Assembly: GCF_032444005.1 (NCBI RefSeq)
Contig: NC_091288.1
Coordinates: 182,714,001 to 182,778,000, forward strand
Direction: 5' to 3'
Source of the DNA: Ranitomeya imitator
Taxonomy: Eukaryota
Length of the DNA stretch: 64,000 nt
The notes under the pieces were generated by a model, which saw only the letters and a list, made by a program, of their open reading frames with translations, made no database searches and was not told the origin of the DNA. This document shows positions 1-11,737 of the stretch, piece after piece (positions within the stretch are counted from its first letter, which is position 1; every line of letters starts with the position of its first letter). The position numbers and the translations under genes are program-made.

Positions 1-407
1 GACGGGACATTATCTTATCAGTAATGGTCCGATATGGAAGCAAAACCGGAATCAATTCCTTTATCTCTAGTTTTGCCCTGTTTTACTGCTATTACATGAA
101 TACACATATACTGTGAGGCGCTCACATTATGGCGTTCAACATATACGTCTACATCTCAAATATGTCAATAAAAAAAAATCCTTCTTCTGGACGCCATATG
201 CTAGTGTCAGTGGTTTCCGAGTAGACCACGGAATAATATTCCAGACGCAATAGGGGGTGCTGAGTAAACGCTAAGCGGCCCCTATTAGGTCCAAAAGTGT
301 TCTGTAGTCTGTCTGGAACCATGGATACCAATTGTTTTTTTCCTCCTGTTTTGATGTTCTGGTACGTGGGAAGAGGTAGTGCTGCATGTAGTGCACCCGC
401 CATTCCT

Positions 408-935
408 CACACTTCCCCAACAGAGTCGCACACGCGCCAGTCCTCACACTTCCCCAACAGAGTCGCACACGCGCCAGTCCTCACACTTCCCCAACAGAGT
501 CACGCACCAGCCAGTCCTCACACTTCCCCAACAGAGTCACGCACCAGCCAGTCCTCACACTTCCCCAACAGTCGCACACGCGCCAGTCCTCACACTTCCC
601 CAACAGTCGCACACGCGCCAGTCCTCACACTTCCCCAACAGAGTCGCACACGCGCCAGTCCTCACACTTCCCCAACAGAGTCGCACACGCGCCAGTCCTC
701 ACACTTCCCCAACAGAGTCACGCACCAGCCAGTCCTCACACTTCCCCAACAGAGTCACGCACCAGCCAGTCCTCACACTTCCCCAACAGTCGCACACGCG
801 CCAGTCCTCACACTTCCCCAACAGTCGCACACGCGCCAGTCCTCACACTTCCCCAACAGAGTCGTGCACTCGCCAGTCCTTACACTTCCCCAACTATGTC
901 GCGCACCCGCCAGCCCTCACACTTCCCCAACTATG
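408..935. repeat. 37-bp minisatellite (CACACTTCCCCAACAGAGTCGCACACGCGCCAGTCCT)n, about 14 units with 35-bp variants, in CDR2 intron 1
   Basis: Unit starts at 408 and 445 (period 37). Explains the repetitive ORFs 297..974 and 379..1026. Confidence 0.95.
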
Positions 936-3900
936 TTGCGCACCTGTTCTACCTATACACCAATGCTACAGTAGATCTGGTGATCACCGTATATACTCAG
1001 GCCTGGTGCAGGTTAAATCACCGTGAGGAAATAATTCAGAGCCCGTAACTAAGAAAACAGCATACACTTGCTAAGGTCACGCCGCAGCCATGTCTATAGA
1101 TTAGTGTAAACTGCTAAGTGCCCCTTAATAAAGAATATGAACCCGTAGCCCACACTCCAGGATATCATTTGGTAACCAGCGCTAGGCTTCCACATAGTGA
1201 GAATTACAGCAACATCCATGACTAAATAGATGGAGGCGAGCACAGCTGCACGGGACACAGAGGGGTCATTCACACACAGGACAACGAGAAGACGAGCTAT
1301 GCAAATTATTAGGCCTCAGAAAATGACTTCTCACTGATATATACAAACATCATTCAAAACCTACACAAACGTGATGTGTGGACACAGCCAGACCCTTTAT
1401 TACATACATTTCTTAGTTAAGAAAACTTAAAAAAGCCTCTTTATTAAAGGAGAAGGGGAAAAAAAAAAGTCAGTTGTCAATAGCAACCAGGGATCTGCTT
1501 TGATTTTTTACAACACTCAGGTAAAGTGAAAGCTGCGCGGTGATTGGCTGGGATGGACAATAAAGATGGTTTCTTTTAGACAATTTTGACCCTCTTTCTT
1601 GTCAGACACTGGATGCATCAAGGAAGACAACATTGTTGTAGTGCGAATAAAGGATTCAGTAAAACAGGGAGGGCAGCGGCCATCTTGTGACCTATTTACA
1701 GGCCCGAATATTGAACCATGGGAGGTCAATAAGAATAGACGCTATTGTTTATGGCCTATTTAACCCTTTGTAGGCCGCTTGCTCAGCCAGATCCTCGTTA
1801 AATAAGTCCGAGAAGCTACTAAACTAGCTTACCACAGACTTGGGGTATGCGCACACATGACTTTTTTCCTTCAGTGTGTTTTTTGCCACAAGTCCGATGA
1901 GATTTCTGAAATCTCACGTACACGCTTATCTTATCGTGGCAGACTTGAAGCACTTACATCTGCAGCATGTAAATTCTTTTAGCGTTTTCCACTCATTTTA
2001 AGAAAAGCGCAGTTATGACATTAACGTATCCCATTTAACATAAATGGGGCTGAGCTTTAATGCCAGACAGGACAAGGATGGCGTCGTTTCGGTAATAAAA
2101 ATAAAAATGTCTTTAATTCCAGAGGATCCCTTTAAGCGTAGCTAGTAACCCATCCAATATGCACAAGGGCAGCAGATATCCCCATCAGACAGAATACACC
2201 TTTTCCCGCAGAGATATATGTTGGCCGTTTTGCTGGAGGAATATTAACAGGATGAATATAAAATGATGAGAGTTCTGCTCTTTGTCCGGGAGGGAATATC
2301 GCTCATGGACAGGAATCAGGATCTCCGGCTCACATGCTCAGGATTTCTTGGAGGCATTTGAGGAAACTGCTGAACTAAAGGAATGTACAAACACAATGGA
2401 GAGAAGCAAAGAACAGAAAAAATAAAAAAAATAAAAATTAGTATCTAGCGTAACACAAGGAGACGTTACACAGCAGATTATGTAACATCCTGCCGCAATG
2501 AGGCAAAAAGGAGGAGGAGTATAAACCCAAAGGAGACTTCAGAGTCACCGATGGCGATTACACCACCTCCTTGTGTGATCACTAGTCCGTATGACAGGCT
2601 GCCAGTCACCTGACGAACGAGCAAAACATTCGTCGGGTGAAAGGATCTTTCGTGCTGCAGAAAAGATCAACGCTCTCGGCAGCACAAACTGACTGCATCT
2701 AACAGCATCCATTAAGTTATAGACTATAGTGGTGTGTAGGATTCAGACTAAGTGCAGCATGGCCACATATAAAGGGGTTATCCAAAACGCTTTATGGACT
2801 GCTGCCCCCTCAACTGGTCACGTGACTGTCAGCTAATCAGCAGCCAACGATTGGCAGCAGCCTTTACTATTCTGCCAGAGAAGACGTCCGCTCTGATGGA
2901 ATAGTAAAGGCTGCAGCTGATTAGCTGACGCCAATTGTCACATGACCCCCTGCAGCCAATGGCATGTGACTAGTGCGCGAACAGCGCTGTGATCAGGAGA
3001 ACGGCACCAATCATGTGAGTTGGACATGCGCGGCTCGATTTTTTTTTTTTTTTAGCAAACACACAAATTCACAGAGTCCCATCGGTGGAAATCAGACCCA
3101 CATGCGAGACCCCTAAGACCCTGATTTTGAGGATAAGAATAGGGCTTACATAGGACTGCACACCGACACCTGACAAGAAAGCGTGACTGTAGCTTAAGGA
3201 CACATTCCTGGTTCTGGAACAGATCTACAACGTACAGGTGTGAGGCCTGTGTACACGGCGCAGCACGCAGTCCGCCTGGGGCTCCACAGTACAGACGCCA
3301 TATGCCGCCATATAGTACAGGATGGCAGAAGTATTCTCTTCTAGGAACGATGCTTTCAGGTCGCCGCACGACACTGGGACAGGAGGCCTTGTGATGAGCA
3401 ATACAAGACATTAACAGTTAATGATCAATCGATTACCCCGACAGCCTTCCCTCGCCAGGTGCACAGCGTGGACGCAGTCCGCTCTAGAGTCCACGCCGTA
3501 GATTAGCATTCCTATTGCATAAGCCATCGCCCCCGGTGCTGATCACTGATCTCAGCAAAATTCACTGCGGTTCCTGCAGTTTATACTTGGGCAAAAGATG
3601 ACGGCACAGCACATATCGTCATTGCAGAGGGTTTACCAGACTCCTATTTTAGGGACTGTGCTACCTAGTGCCCAACAACTTGACTGTACAGGAGGTACGG
3701 CCATCAGAGTCAGGCCAAACAGTGCTCGTGTCTGCCTATTAAAGGGGTTGTCCCGACCGTAAAAAAATCATTTAATCACACAGATTCATTGAATATAAGA
3801 AATGGAAACATACTTGCCCTACAGAAGCTACATGGATCTAGCACAAACCTCTGCAGCACTCCGGAGCAAACCTCCGCAGCAGCCTTCACCGTGTACACGG

Positions 3901-5775
3901 GGGGGAGTGGTGGAAGGAGAGTTTGTCGCAATTTCACATTTTTAATCAATCCGTGCAAAACAAAAAAATAATAATGATGGACAAACCCTTTAACCCATAC
4001 CTAGTGTGCTCCCTCTAGTGGTGACTTAAGGTAGCAAAAAAATAAATTAAAAAAATCTTGCCATTTTATTAGCAAAAACAGCACTGAAATTACCGTATAT
4101 GTTCTCTGTATTAAACCTTCAGTCAACCTAAGAAAAACATTTATTTAATTTATTTTTTTTTTAAATCGGGAACTGTTTATTAGGTGCCAACTCCAGGGGA
4201 TCAGTAAAAGTGTTTCCTCTACAAAAAATGCGATTGCTTGAGAAATACGCCCAGAGTCTTCGGAGTTTTTGGCCGAAGTTTTTCTTTTCTTGAACTTTGC
4301 TGGTGAAGATTAAGAAGACATTTTTGAAGCCTTTTCACTGGACCGGGCCCATTTTGATGCGTTTTGTATCTTCTATTACAGAAGGTGCAAACGAGCAGAT
4401 TTCGCTCCAACAAAACATCGGATCAAACTCGGACCAATGGGGGCGAGCACGTGTCTGATATTTTCCCTCGGACAGTCTCATACTGTCAGACGCTGCATGA
4501 CCACGCTCGATCCGCTATTTGGATTGCAATCGGCCATTAAACACATGGAAGGAAGAAAAACACACACAAAAAAAAAAAACTGCACTCAGATGGCATCTGA
4601 GTCTCTACAGCAATTTGCTCCTGCTCTTATTATACAGCGCTTCCCAAGAATTAATGTGTCAAGCACTTAAAAGAAGAAGTAACAAAATACTGAACACGTG
4701 CACAGCAATGTTGTTTTCACATTCCTGTGCATTATGTCACTTTTTTGTTGCGCTTTTTCCAGGCATATTCCGAGTGGAATCCGCCAGGAAAAAAAAAAAA
4801 AACACAGTGTGCGCATACACTCAGTTATTTTTTAATAGGAGTTTTCAGATTGAGAATTTCTGCTATAAAAACTCCTTGAAATCATCCTAAAAAAAAATGT
4901 GTTTACAGAAGGATTTTAGATCAGATTTCAGATTTTCTCCGAAAATATCTAATAAGTGCGATGTGTGGGATACGAATCTGTTACTGTGACTCACTCTACA
5001 GCGCTGAAGGACACGACTGGTAAAGGGACAGTGTCCGGGATGGCGGCCAGCACCCCACATCCGCCACACTGCAAGGCACGGGCACCACACAGGCTGCAAC
5101 CGCCGACCAGATAGAACAGGGCGATTGTAGTGCGCCAGACACAGGAACAACGAGAAAGCCAAAGAAACGAGCTGGAGCGCAAGATGGGCCTCGTGCAACA
5201 TATAGAGGCACGTTCACACTGCGGCCATTTAACAAAACCTAAGACAGAAACAAAATGTGCAAATATCCCGGAGTAGGTAAATATTACGCAAATAAATAAA
5301 GGCTACTTCGTAAAAATTAATTAATTAATAAAAAAGACTATAAAGGCCATCTGAACGCGACAAGGTGTTACCCATCGGGACTGGTCCTATCCTCTGCCAT
5401 TAAAACCTCACCCAAGCTCAATATAACAGGGAGGGCAAAAATACTCAAAAAAAAAATTATATATATATATTTTAGAATAATTTTACTGCAGAGGAAGAAC
5501 TTGTGTCTCCTCCATTGTGATCGCTCATATGTACGGTGCACGCACTGATTACGATGCGCCCTTTAACGAAAAAGTCGCACCTGAGCCGTAAACCGTCATG
5601 TAACCGGATCGCTGGCGGCTGCCGGGGTTTTATGTGAAGGATCCCAGTGGATCCTTACTGATCGCCTCGGAGCCATTGCCCGGTGTGTGTATATAGTATC
5701 CGCCAGTATTCAGACGAGGCGTTTCCTGCCATCCCAGCATGGAGGGTGCAGGCTGCACACGGGCTACGTCCTCAC

Positions 5776-5854
5776 CTTGCTGCAGGTCCTGCTGGTCGTA
5801 CCACGGCTCGTCCTCCTTGATGTCAAACTCCTCCACATTGCTGTCGGTTAACAT
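5776..5854 (-). CDS. CDR2: Cerebellar degeneration-related protein 2, first coding exon (79 nt)
   Basis: MLTDSNVEEFDIKEDEPWYDQQDLQQ matches the remembered CDR2 N-terminus (human MLAENLVEEFEMKEDEPWYDHQDLQQ). ATG at 5854-5852; phase-1 donor G|GTGAG at 5775. Later exons were not found in 1-5775. The neighbours favour CDR2 over CDR2L. Confidence 0.9.
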
Positions 5855-6340
5855 GACGGCGGCTCGGCCGGAGCTCCGCTCTCCCGGGACTCCCGGCTGC
5901 GGCAGGCGGCGGCGGGCACTGATGCTGACGGCTCAGGCAGCAGCTTCTTCTGCTCTCTCCTCCGACCTGCCCCTCCCGCCTCCTCCATCCCCCGAGCCAC
6001 TGCCGGAAACAGCCGAACTCCTCCGAACAGCGCCGCAACGTGGCATCCGGAGTGTGTGACGTCAAATTTCCAGTTAGGAAGGACTGTTTACAAACTAACC
6101 AATCAATTCTCGGGATAAAGGGAGGGCGGTTACATTTGGACCAATCACTTTTTAGTAAAGGCACACTTCCCTGCTGTGATTGGTTAAGCACACGAACACG
6201 CCCAGATTTCTGTTGTGAGTGTGACACTTCCGTGTTTTGCTGCTAGACGCTCAGAAGCTTGCGGGTTGCCGGTGGGATACCCTGCGCGTCCTGGCGCCCC
6301 GTGTGAACGCGTCCTTAGCATCCATGTCCTCTGCCTGGTG
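5855..6340. promoter_or_regulatory. CpG-rich probable bidirectional promoter between CDR2 and MFSD13B
   Basis: TGACGTCA (CRE) 6057-6064; CCAAT 6099-6103 and 6141-6145; reverse CCAAT 6179-6183; GC box GGAGGGCGG 6121-6129; ETS-type ACTTCCG 6226-6232. The MFSD13B ATG exon starts at an acceptor, so an upstream non-coding exon is required. Confidence 0.7.
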
Positions 6341-8329
6341 GTATGTGTTCCCTATGGGTGCTTGCTTGGTGACGGTGCTAGCTATAGATGTATCTAGCTG
6401 CATTTCTCGTGCTGCTTTACCACATATTCAGTTCCTCCCCACTATCAAGATCTCTGCTTGCTGTTAATGAATGAAACCTATGTTCCTCAGGCCCAGATAC
6501 ACTCATGCTGTCTGCATTCACTGGCTGTAAGCAGAGCTGGCAAATGCTGAGGGTGTGACCCCGATCACAGGCTGTGCTGTCCCTGGGGTAGATCCTCCCG
6601 CATCTAAAGTCATTAAAAACCCTTTATAAATCCGCGCAGCGTCTGGACATTCGGTGGATGTGACCGGATTGATCTATTTGACCCCTGATCTCCCACTTCC
6701 CATTGCAGGTTTCGTCACCGGACCTCCCTATTAGTTTGTGGCAGTGTCACTAAAATATGATTAGGCTACGGTTACATGAAATCAGAATATCCCTTCAATT
6801 GTCACCATGCCATATTAAAGGGATCCAGTCCGAGCTGTGGACAGCGCGGGATAGACATGGAGAAGCTGAGCAGAATGATATATAGATATTTTTTTAGGGA
6901 AGGAAAAGATTCAGAAGCTGAGCAAAATGATATATAGTTTTTTGTATTTTTTTTTTTGGGGGGGGAGATTCAGTAAAACTTGTATATTATTTATTACAAT
7001 CCCTGGGGTTTGTATGTATAGGAGTCCAGTGGGCGGTCCTATTCGGTGATTGACAGCTATAAAGTCATACAAGGAAGACTGGGTCACTGAATAGGACCGC
7101 CCACTGGACTCCTGTGCATACAAGTATCGAGGACGTCAACAACTTTTTGTGATCAGCTCCTGCCTGCAAATCTGAGGCCATTTCCAACATGACAGGCCCC
7201 TTTAAATTGCCGTGGGCGACTTTCAAGGTGACATTGTGCAGTGAGCACCGCCACTTTTATTGTGTAACCCAGGACTGACAGTTGACTACTTTCTGATCTT
7301 TGTAGTACTACATGACCTAGATCACATACATATGGTGCCAACTTTACCCGGTCCCCAACCTGGTTCGGATTTAAGGAAAACAGGGAGACACTGATGAGAC
7401 TTATGGATTCTGTAGCATTTGCTTAGAGTTTTGATCTTTTCAGTACACAGGCAGAAAGTGATAAATCATCAGGACACGGAAAGTGATAAATCATCAGGAC
7501 ACGGAAAGTGATAAATCATCAGGACGCGGAGAGTGAATAATGTGAGGATCCCGTGCCCGGTATTCACAGGTTTATGTCGCCAACTTGTACCTTTTAGCAC
7601 AAAGCTGCAATTGTGTTTGATAAGTCATGCGTTTCATAGCGTGCCAGCTATAGACATTGTGGCCTTACAGGTTAGAGATACAGTCGGGGTCAGATCACTG
7701 GATGCCGGCATCTATTGGGCACAGAGGTCTCTTTAGCGTCTTTTTTTTTTTTTCAAATGCGCCAACTGTTGGATATTCTAGTACAGCCCGAGTTTCAGAA
7801 CCAGAAGCTGAGTCCATTTAGTTAGTATGGGTAATATTTTATCAAAACAAATACACCATGATGGCACAATGGTGTTGGTCTAGGTACTGGTGGAAGCTTT
7901 ATGAGATATTGATTAAATATTTTTATTAAAATATTCATTTTCAAACAAATGGTTATAAATATTCTTACCAATGTGAATACAGATCATGTGGGGTTCTAAA
8001 AAAGGGAACACAATAGGTAATTATCAAATTCAATGGGGCATGTGGTTTTGTGATTGCATATGATCCTGGTATATGTTTTTTCTAATAAATGTGTTTAATA
8101 GTTTATTATAATTAAAAAATTTGAAGTGAATAAACAAAAGAGAAATCTAAGTCATATGAATGTTTGGTGTGATCACACGTTGACTTCAAAACGGCATCAA
8201 TTCTAGATACTTGCACACAGTTTGTGAAGAAATTACACGGGAAGGATGGTCCAAACATCTTGGAGAACTGACCACAGATCTGTGGATGTCACTTGTGCAG
8301 ATCTTTCTGTCTCTTTACATAATCCCAGA

Positions 8330-9812
8330 CAGACGTGATGATGCTCTCAAGTGATGTGAGGAATGGGAAATATTTGGCAGTAGAAGGAAGTTTGTTTGCC
8401 GAAAGGCCGGAGAGAGGTGCGATAATGAGGGTCTGCAGGTAACGGTGAAGCATGGTGGAGGCTCCTGCAAGTTTGGGGGCTGCATTTTAGCAAATGGAGT
8501 TGTGCATTTGGTCAGGATTAATGGTGTCCTCAATGCTGAGACATAGAGGCTGACACTTATCCATCATGTAATACCATCATGCGGTGTCTGAATTACTGTA
8601 TATACTCGAGTATAAGCCGACCCCCTAATTTTGCCACAAAAAACTGGGAAAACTTAATGACTCGAGTATAAGCCTAGGGTGGGAAATGCAGCAGCTACCA
8701 GTAAATGTCAAAAATAAAAATAGGTTCCAATAAAAGTAAAATTAATTGAGACATCAGTAGGTTAAGTGTTTTTGAATATCCGTATTGAATTAGGAGCCCC
8801 ATATAATGCATAATCCATAAAGTTTATGATGGGCCCTATAAGATGCTCCATATTAAAATATGCCCCATATAATCCTGCACAAAGGTTAATAATGGCCCCA
8901 TAAGATGCTCCATAGACACATTTGCCCAATATAGTGCAGCACAAACCTTGATTATGGCCCCATAAGATGCTCCATACAGACACTTGCCCCATATAGTGCT
9001 GCACAAACATTATGGCCCCATAGATGCCCCATACAGACACTTGCCCCATATAGTGCTGCACAAACATTATGGCCCCATAGATGCCCCATACAGACACTTG
9101 CCCCATATAATGCTGCACAAACGTTATGACCCCATAAGATGCTCCATACAGACACTTGTCCCATTTGCTGTTGCTGCAATAAAAATAAAAAAAATAACAT
9201 GGAGGACCATATTCATTACTGTAATGAGCGGTACCATGTGACCGCTCACTACAGGAACAAGCTGGGGAACCAGGGACCGCGCCAGGAGCAGGTGAGCATA
9301 ATTAGACAGTCCCCCTCCCCTGCCGGCGCCTGGGTATGACTCGAGTATAAGTCGAGAGGGGGACTTTCAGCCCAAAAAAGTGGGCTGAAAATCTCGGCTT
9401 ATACTCAAGTATATACGGTATTCTGCAGAAGGACAATGACCCCAAACATACAGCCAAAGTCATTAAGAACTATCTTTGGTGTAAAGAAGACAAGAAAAAA
9501 AATCCTGGAAGTGATGGTATGAAAGAGCCATGATTTTCAAACATCATTGAATCTGATATGAAGAATGATTTGCAGAAGCCACATCCACAGAAGATCTGTG
9601 GTCAGTTCTCCAAGATGTTTGGGACAATCTCCCTACCGAGTTCTTTCAAAAACAGTGAAAATGTAACTAGAAGAACTGATTGTGTTTTGAAGGCAAATCA
9701 CACAAAATAATTAATTTAGCATTTTGTAACTTGATAAAAATAAATTATTCACACTTCTAGTTTTAAAAGCTAGCATTTTTCCCCACACATGCCTAGAACT
9801 TTTGCGTGTACA
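8330..9812 (+). mobile_element. Degenerate Tc1/mariner transposon remnant, interrupted by a MITE
   Basis: Transposase-like remnants (VKHGGGS..WGC, LVRINGVLNAE at about 8445-8545; QKDNDPKHTAK at about 9426-9460) with frameshifts. Boundaries approximate. Confidence 0.75.
8596..9418. mobile_element. Non-autonomous Tc1/mariner-superfamily (pogo/Tigger-like) MITE with internal ~63-bp tandem repeats
   Basis: 25-bp TIRs CTGTATATACTCGAGTATAAGCCGA (8596-8620) and TCGGCTTATACTCAAGTATATACGG (9394-9418), 2 mismatches. TA on both sides (8594-8595, 9419-9420). Confidence 0.85.
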
Positions 9813-10569
9813 GTCTATAAGGGTTTGAGGGCCCTTCAGAGACTATAGATGCAGGCATGAGATGCTAAGAATACCAAGATACTTCCATAAGCTCAAGTGC
9901 TTGTCCACAACAATACATTTGGTAGGTGTGCAATAGGACTGAAGGGGGAACCGAGCTTCGGAATCGTTTTTGACTTGTCATAGCAACATGCACAAGTTTG
10001 AATAGATGCAGATCCTGGTCCTGACACTCCCACGATCAGTGTAATGAAGAGGTGGAGACCCTTAGTTATGTGCTTGGTTCTGCTCAGCTGATCCTCAGAA
10101 AGAAGCTAAGTGATGTGTTGATCTATAGATGGTAGAGTTGAGCAAAAACATTTTCAGGACTGTGGTGGCAGCAACCATGTTGTTAGTCCACGGCCACCAC
10201 ATCAGAGCCCTGTGAACCCTCTACTACTACTTCTACTACTACTTGCCATCATACTCGTCACCTCTTCTGATTAGCAGGACCAGCACGATGTCCTCATTGC
10301 AGTCTGACGCACTCAGGACATGGTGTTGGGCCAACTAATCAGAAGTGGTCCTGAGATGCTGGCAGGTAGGAGGAAAGTCACAGGGCTCTGGTCTGGTGGC
10401 CATGGACTACTGACGTGACTGCTGGACGAGGCTCCTGCAAACCATTCTGCTCAACTCTAATAAAAAGTCTACGAGCCCGAACATCACTCTGCCGCTGTTC
10501 AGAGGATCAGCCAAACAGGACCCAACACAGTTGAAGGGCGCACCTCATTTATTTCTGTGATTTTCATTT

Positions 10570-11295
10570 ATTTTATGCTTTTGTGTTATGACTTTTTATG
10601 TATTAGTATTATACTTTTATGTATTGCTATTATACTTTATGTATTTGTACTGTGGCATTTTATGTATTTGTATTATACTTTATGTATTTGTATTATACTT
10701 TATGTATTTGTATTATACTTATGTATTACTATTATACTTTTATGTATTGCTATTATACTTTATGTATTTGTACTATGGCATTTTATGTATTTGTATTATA
10801 CTTTTATGTATTTGTGTTATTCAAATACACAAGTATAATACAAATACATAAAAAGTCATAATACAAATATATAAAAGTATACTACAAATACATAAAAAAA
10901 TAATACAAATATATAAAAGTATAATACAAATACATCAAAAGCATAATACAAATAAATAAAAGTATAATATTAATTCATAAAAGTATAATAGTAATACATA
11001 AGTATAATACAAATACATAAAAAGTCATAATACAAATATATAAAAGTATACTACAAATACATAAAAAAATAATACAAATATATAAAAGTATAATACAAAT
11101 ACATCAAAAGCATAATACAAATAAATAAAAGTATAATATTAATTCATAAAAGTATAATAGTAATACATAAGTATAATACAAATACATAAAAGTGTTATAC
11201 TTATGTATTACTATTATACTTTTATGTATTTGTGTTATGGGTTTTTATGTCTTTGTGTTATGGTTTTTTATGTATTATTATTATGACTTTTTATG
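10570..11295. repeat. AT-rich TATTATACTTTTATGTATTTG-type degenerate tandem array with an inverted central block
   Basis: T-rich orientation about 10570-10820, A-rich (reverse-complement) about 10825-11195, T-rich again about 11195-11295. The central block has a 169-bp direct duplication (10832 and 11001). Confidence 0.9.
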
Positions 11296-11335
11296 TAGTT
11301 CTGTCGCTGTATGTTTCCGTAGGTGAACTGTAAAC

Positions 11336-11488
11336 ATGAAGTTATCCTTAGGAATCCACGGGCCGGCCCTGGCCTACTCCATGACCACATTAGGGGCTGG
11401 AATGATGAACAGCATATTCCATTTCTATTACGTGAAGCTGTTTCTTAACCATTACAAAATATCAGAAGGAGCCTTTCACCAAGCGCAG
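11336..11488 (+). CDS. MFSD13B: MFSD13B-type MFS domain protein, coding exon 1 (153 nt)
   Basis: MKLSLGIHGPALAYSMTTLGAGMMNSIFHFYYVKLFLNHYKISEGAFHQAQ aligns by eye to the MFSD13A/TMEM180 N-terminus (ILHNVFLLYYVDTF..YKI). Acceptor AG at 11321-11322; donor CAG|GTAAC at 11489; phase 0. Confidence 0.85.
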
Positions 11489-11737
11489 GTAACATGGAGA
11501 TTCAGGATCAGTCTCCTTTTGGAAATCAAATTAACACAATGTTTCGTCTTCTTTGTTAAATAAGCATTTCCCATTTGCTCTGGTCACACTACGCTTTCCG
11601 TCAGTGGTTCTGGTGTTTTTTATGCTGAGAATAGTGCAGTCTACACCGTTCATCTGTATGTCAAAAACGTCAGAACCCCAGCAGAAATCTGGTGTCGCCA
11701 TTTTAAGGCAGTGGAAAGACTGGAAGGGGTATATATT

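Noticed and set aside
297-1026. Long ORFs of 225 and 215 aa
   Set aside because: Translations of the 37-bp minisatellite; no protein-like features.
2330-2375. Possible small cassette exon on the - strand in CDR2 intron 1 (TTTAG..CAT|GTGAGC)
   Set aside because: The 41-nt version is phase-incompatible and the 36-nt version contains a stop. There is no homology support, and such site pairs arise by chance.
4996-5235. GC-rich - strand ORF with a nearby GTGAGT donor, possibly an alternative CDR2 exon
   Set aside because: No recognisable homology, and the ORF stops before the donor. Cannot be supported without RNA data.
8762-9339. Repetitive ORFs on both strands
   Set aside because: They derive from the ~63-bp tandem repeat inside the MITE.
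10557-10861. Tyr/Leu/Cys-rich hydrophobic ORFs
   Set aside because: Translation of the AT-rich simple repeat.
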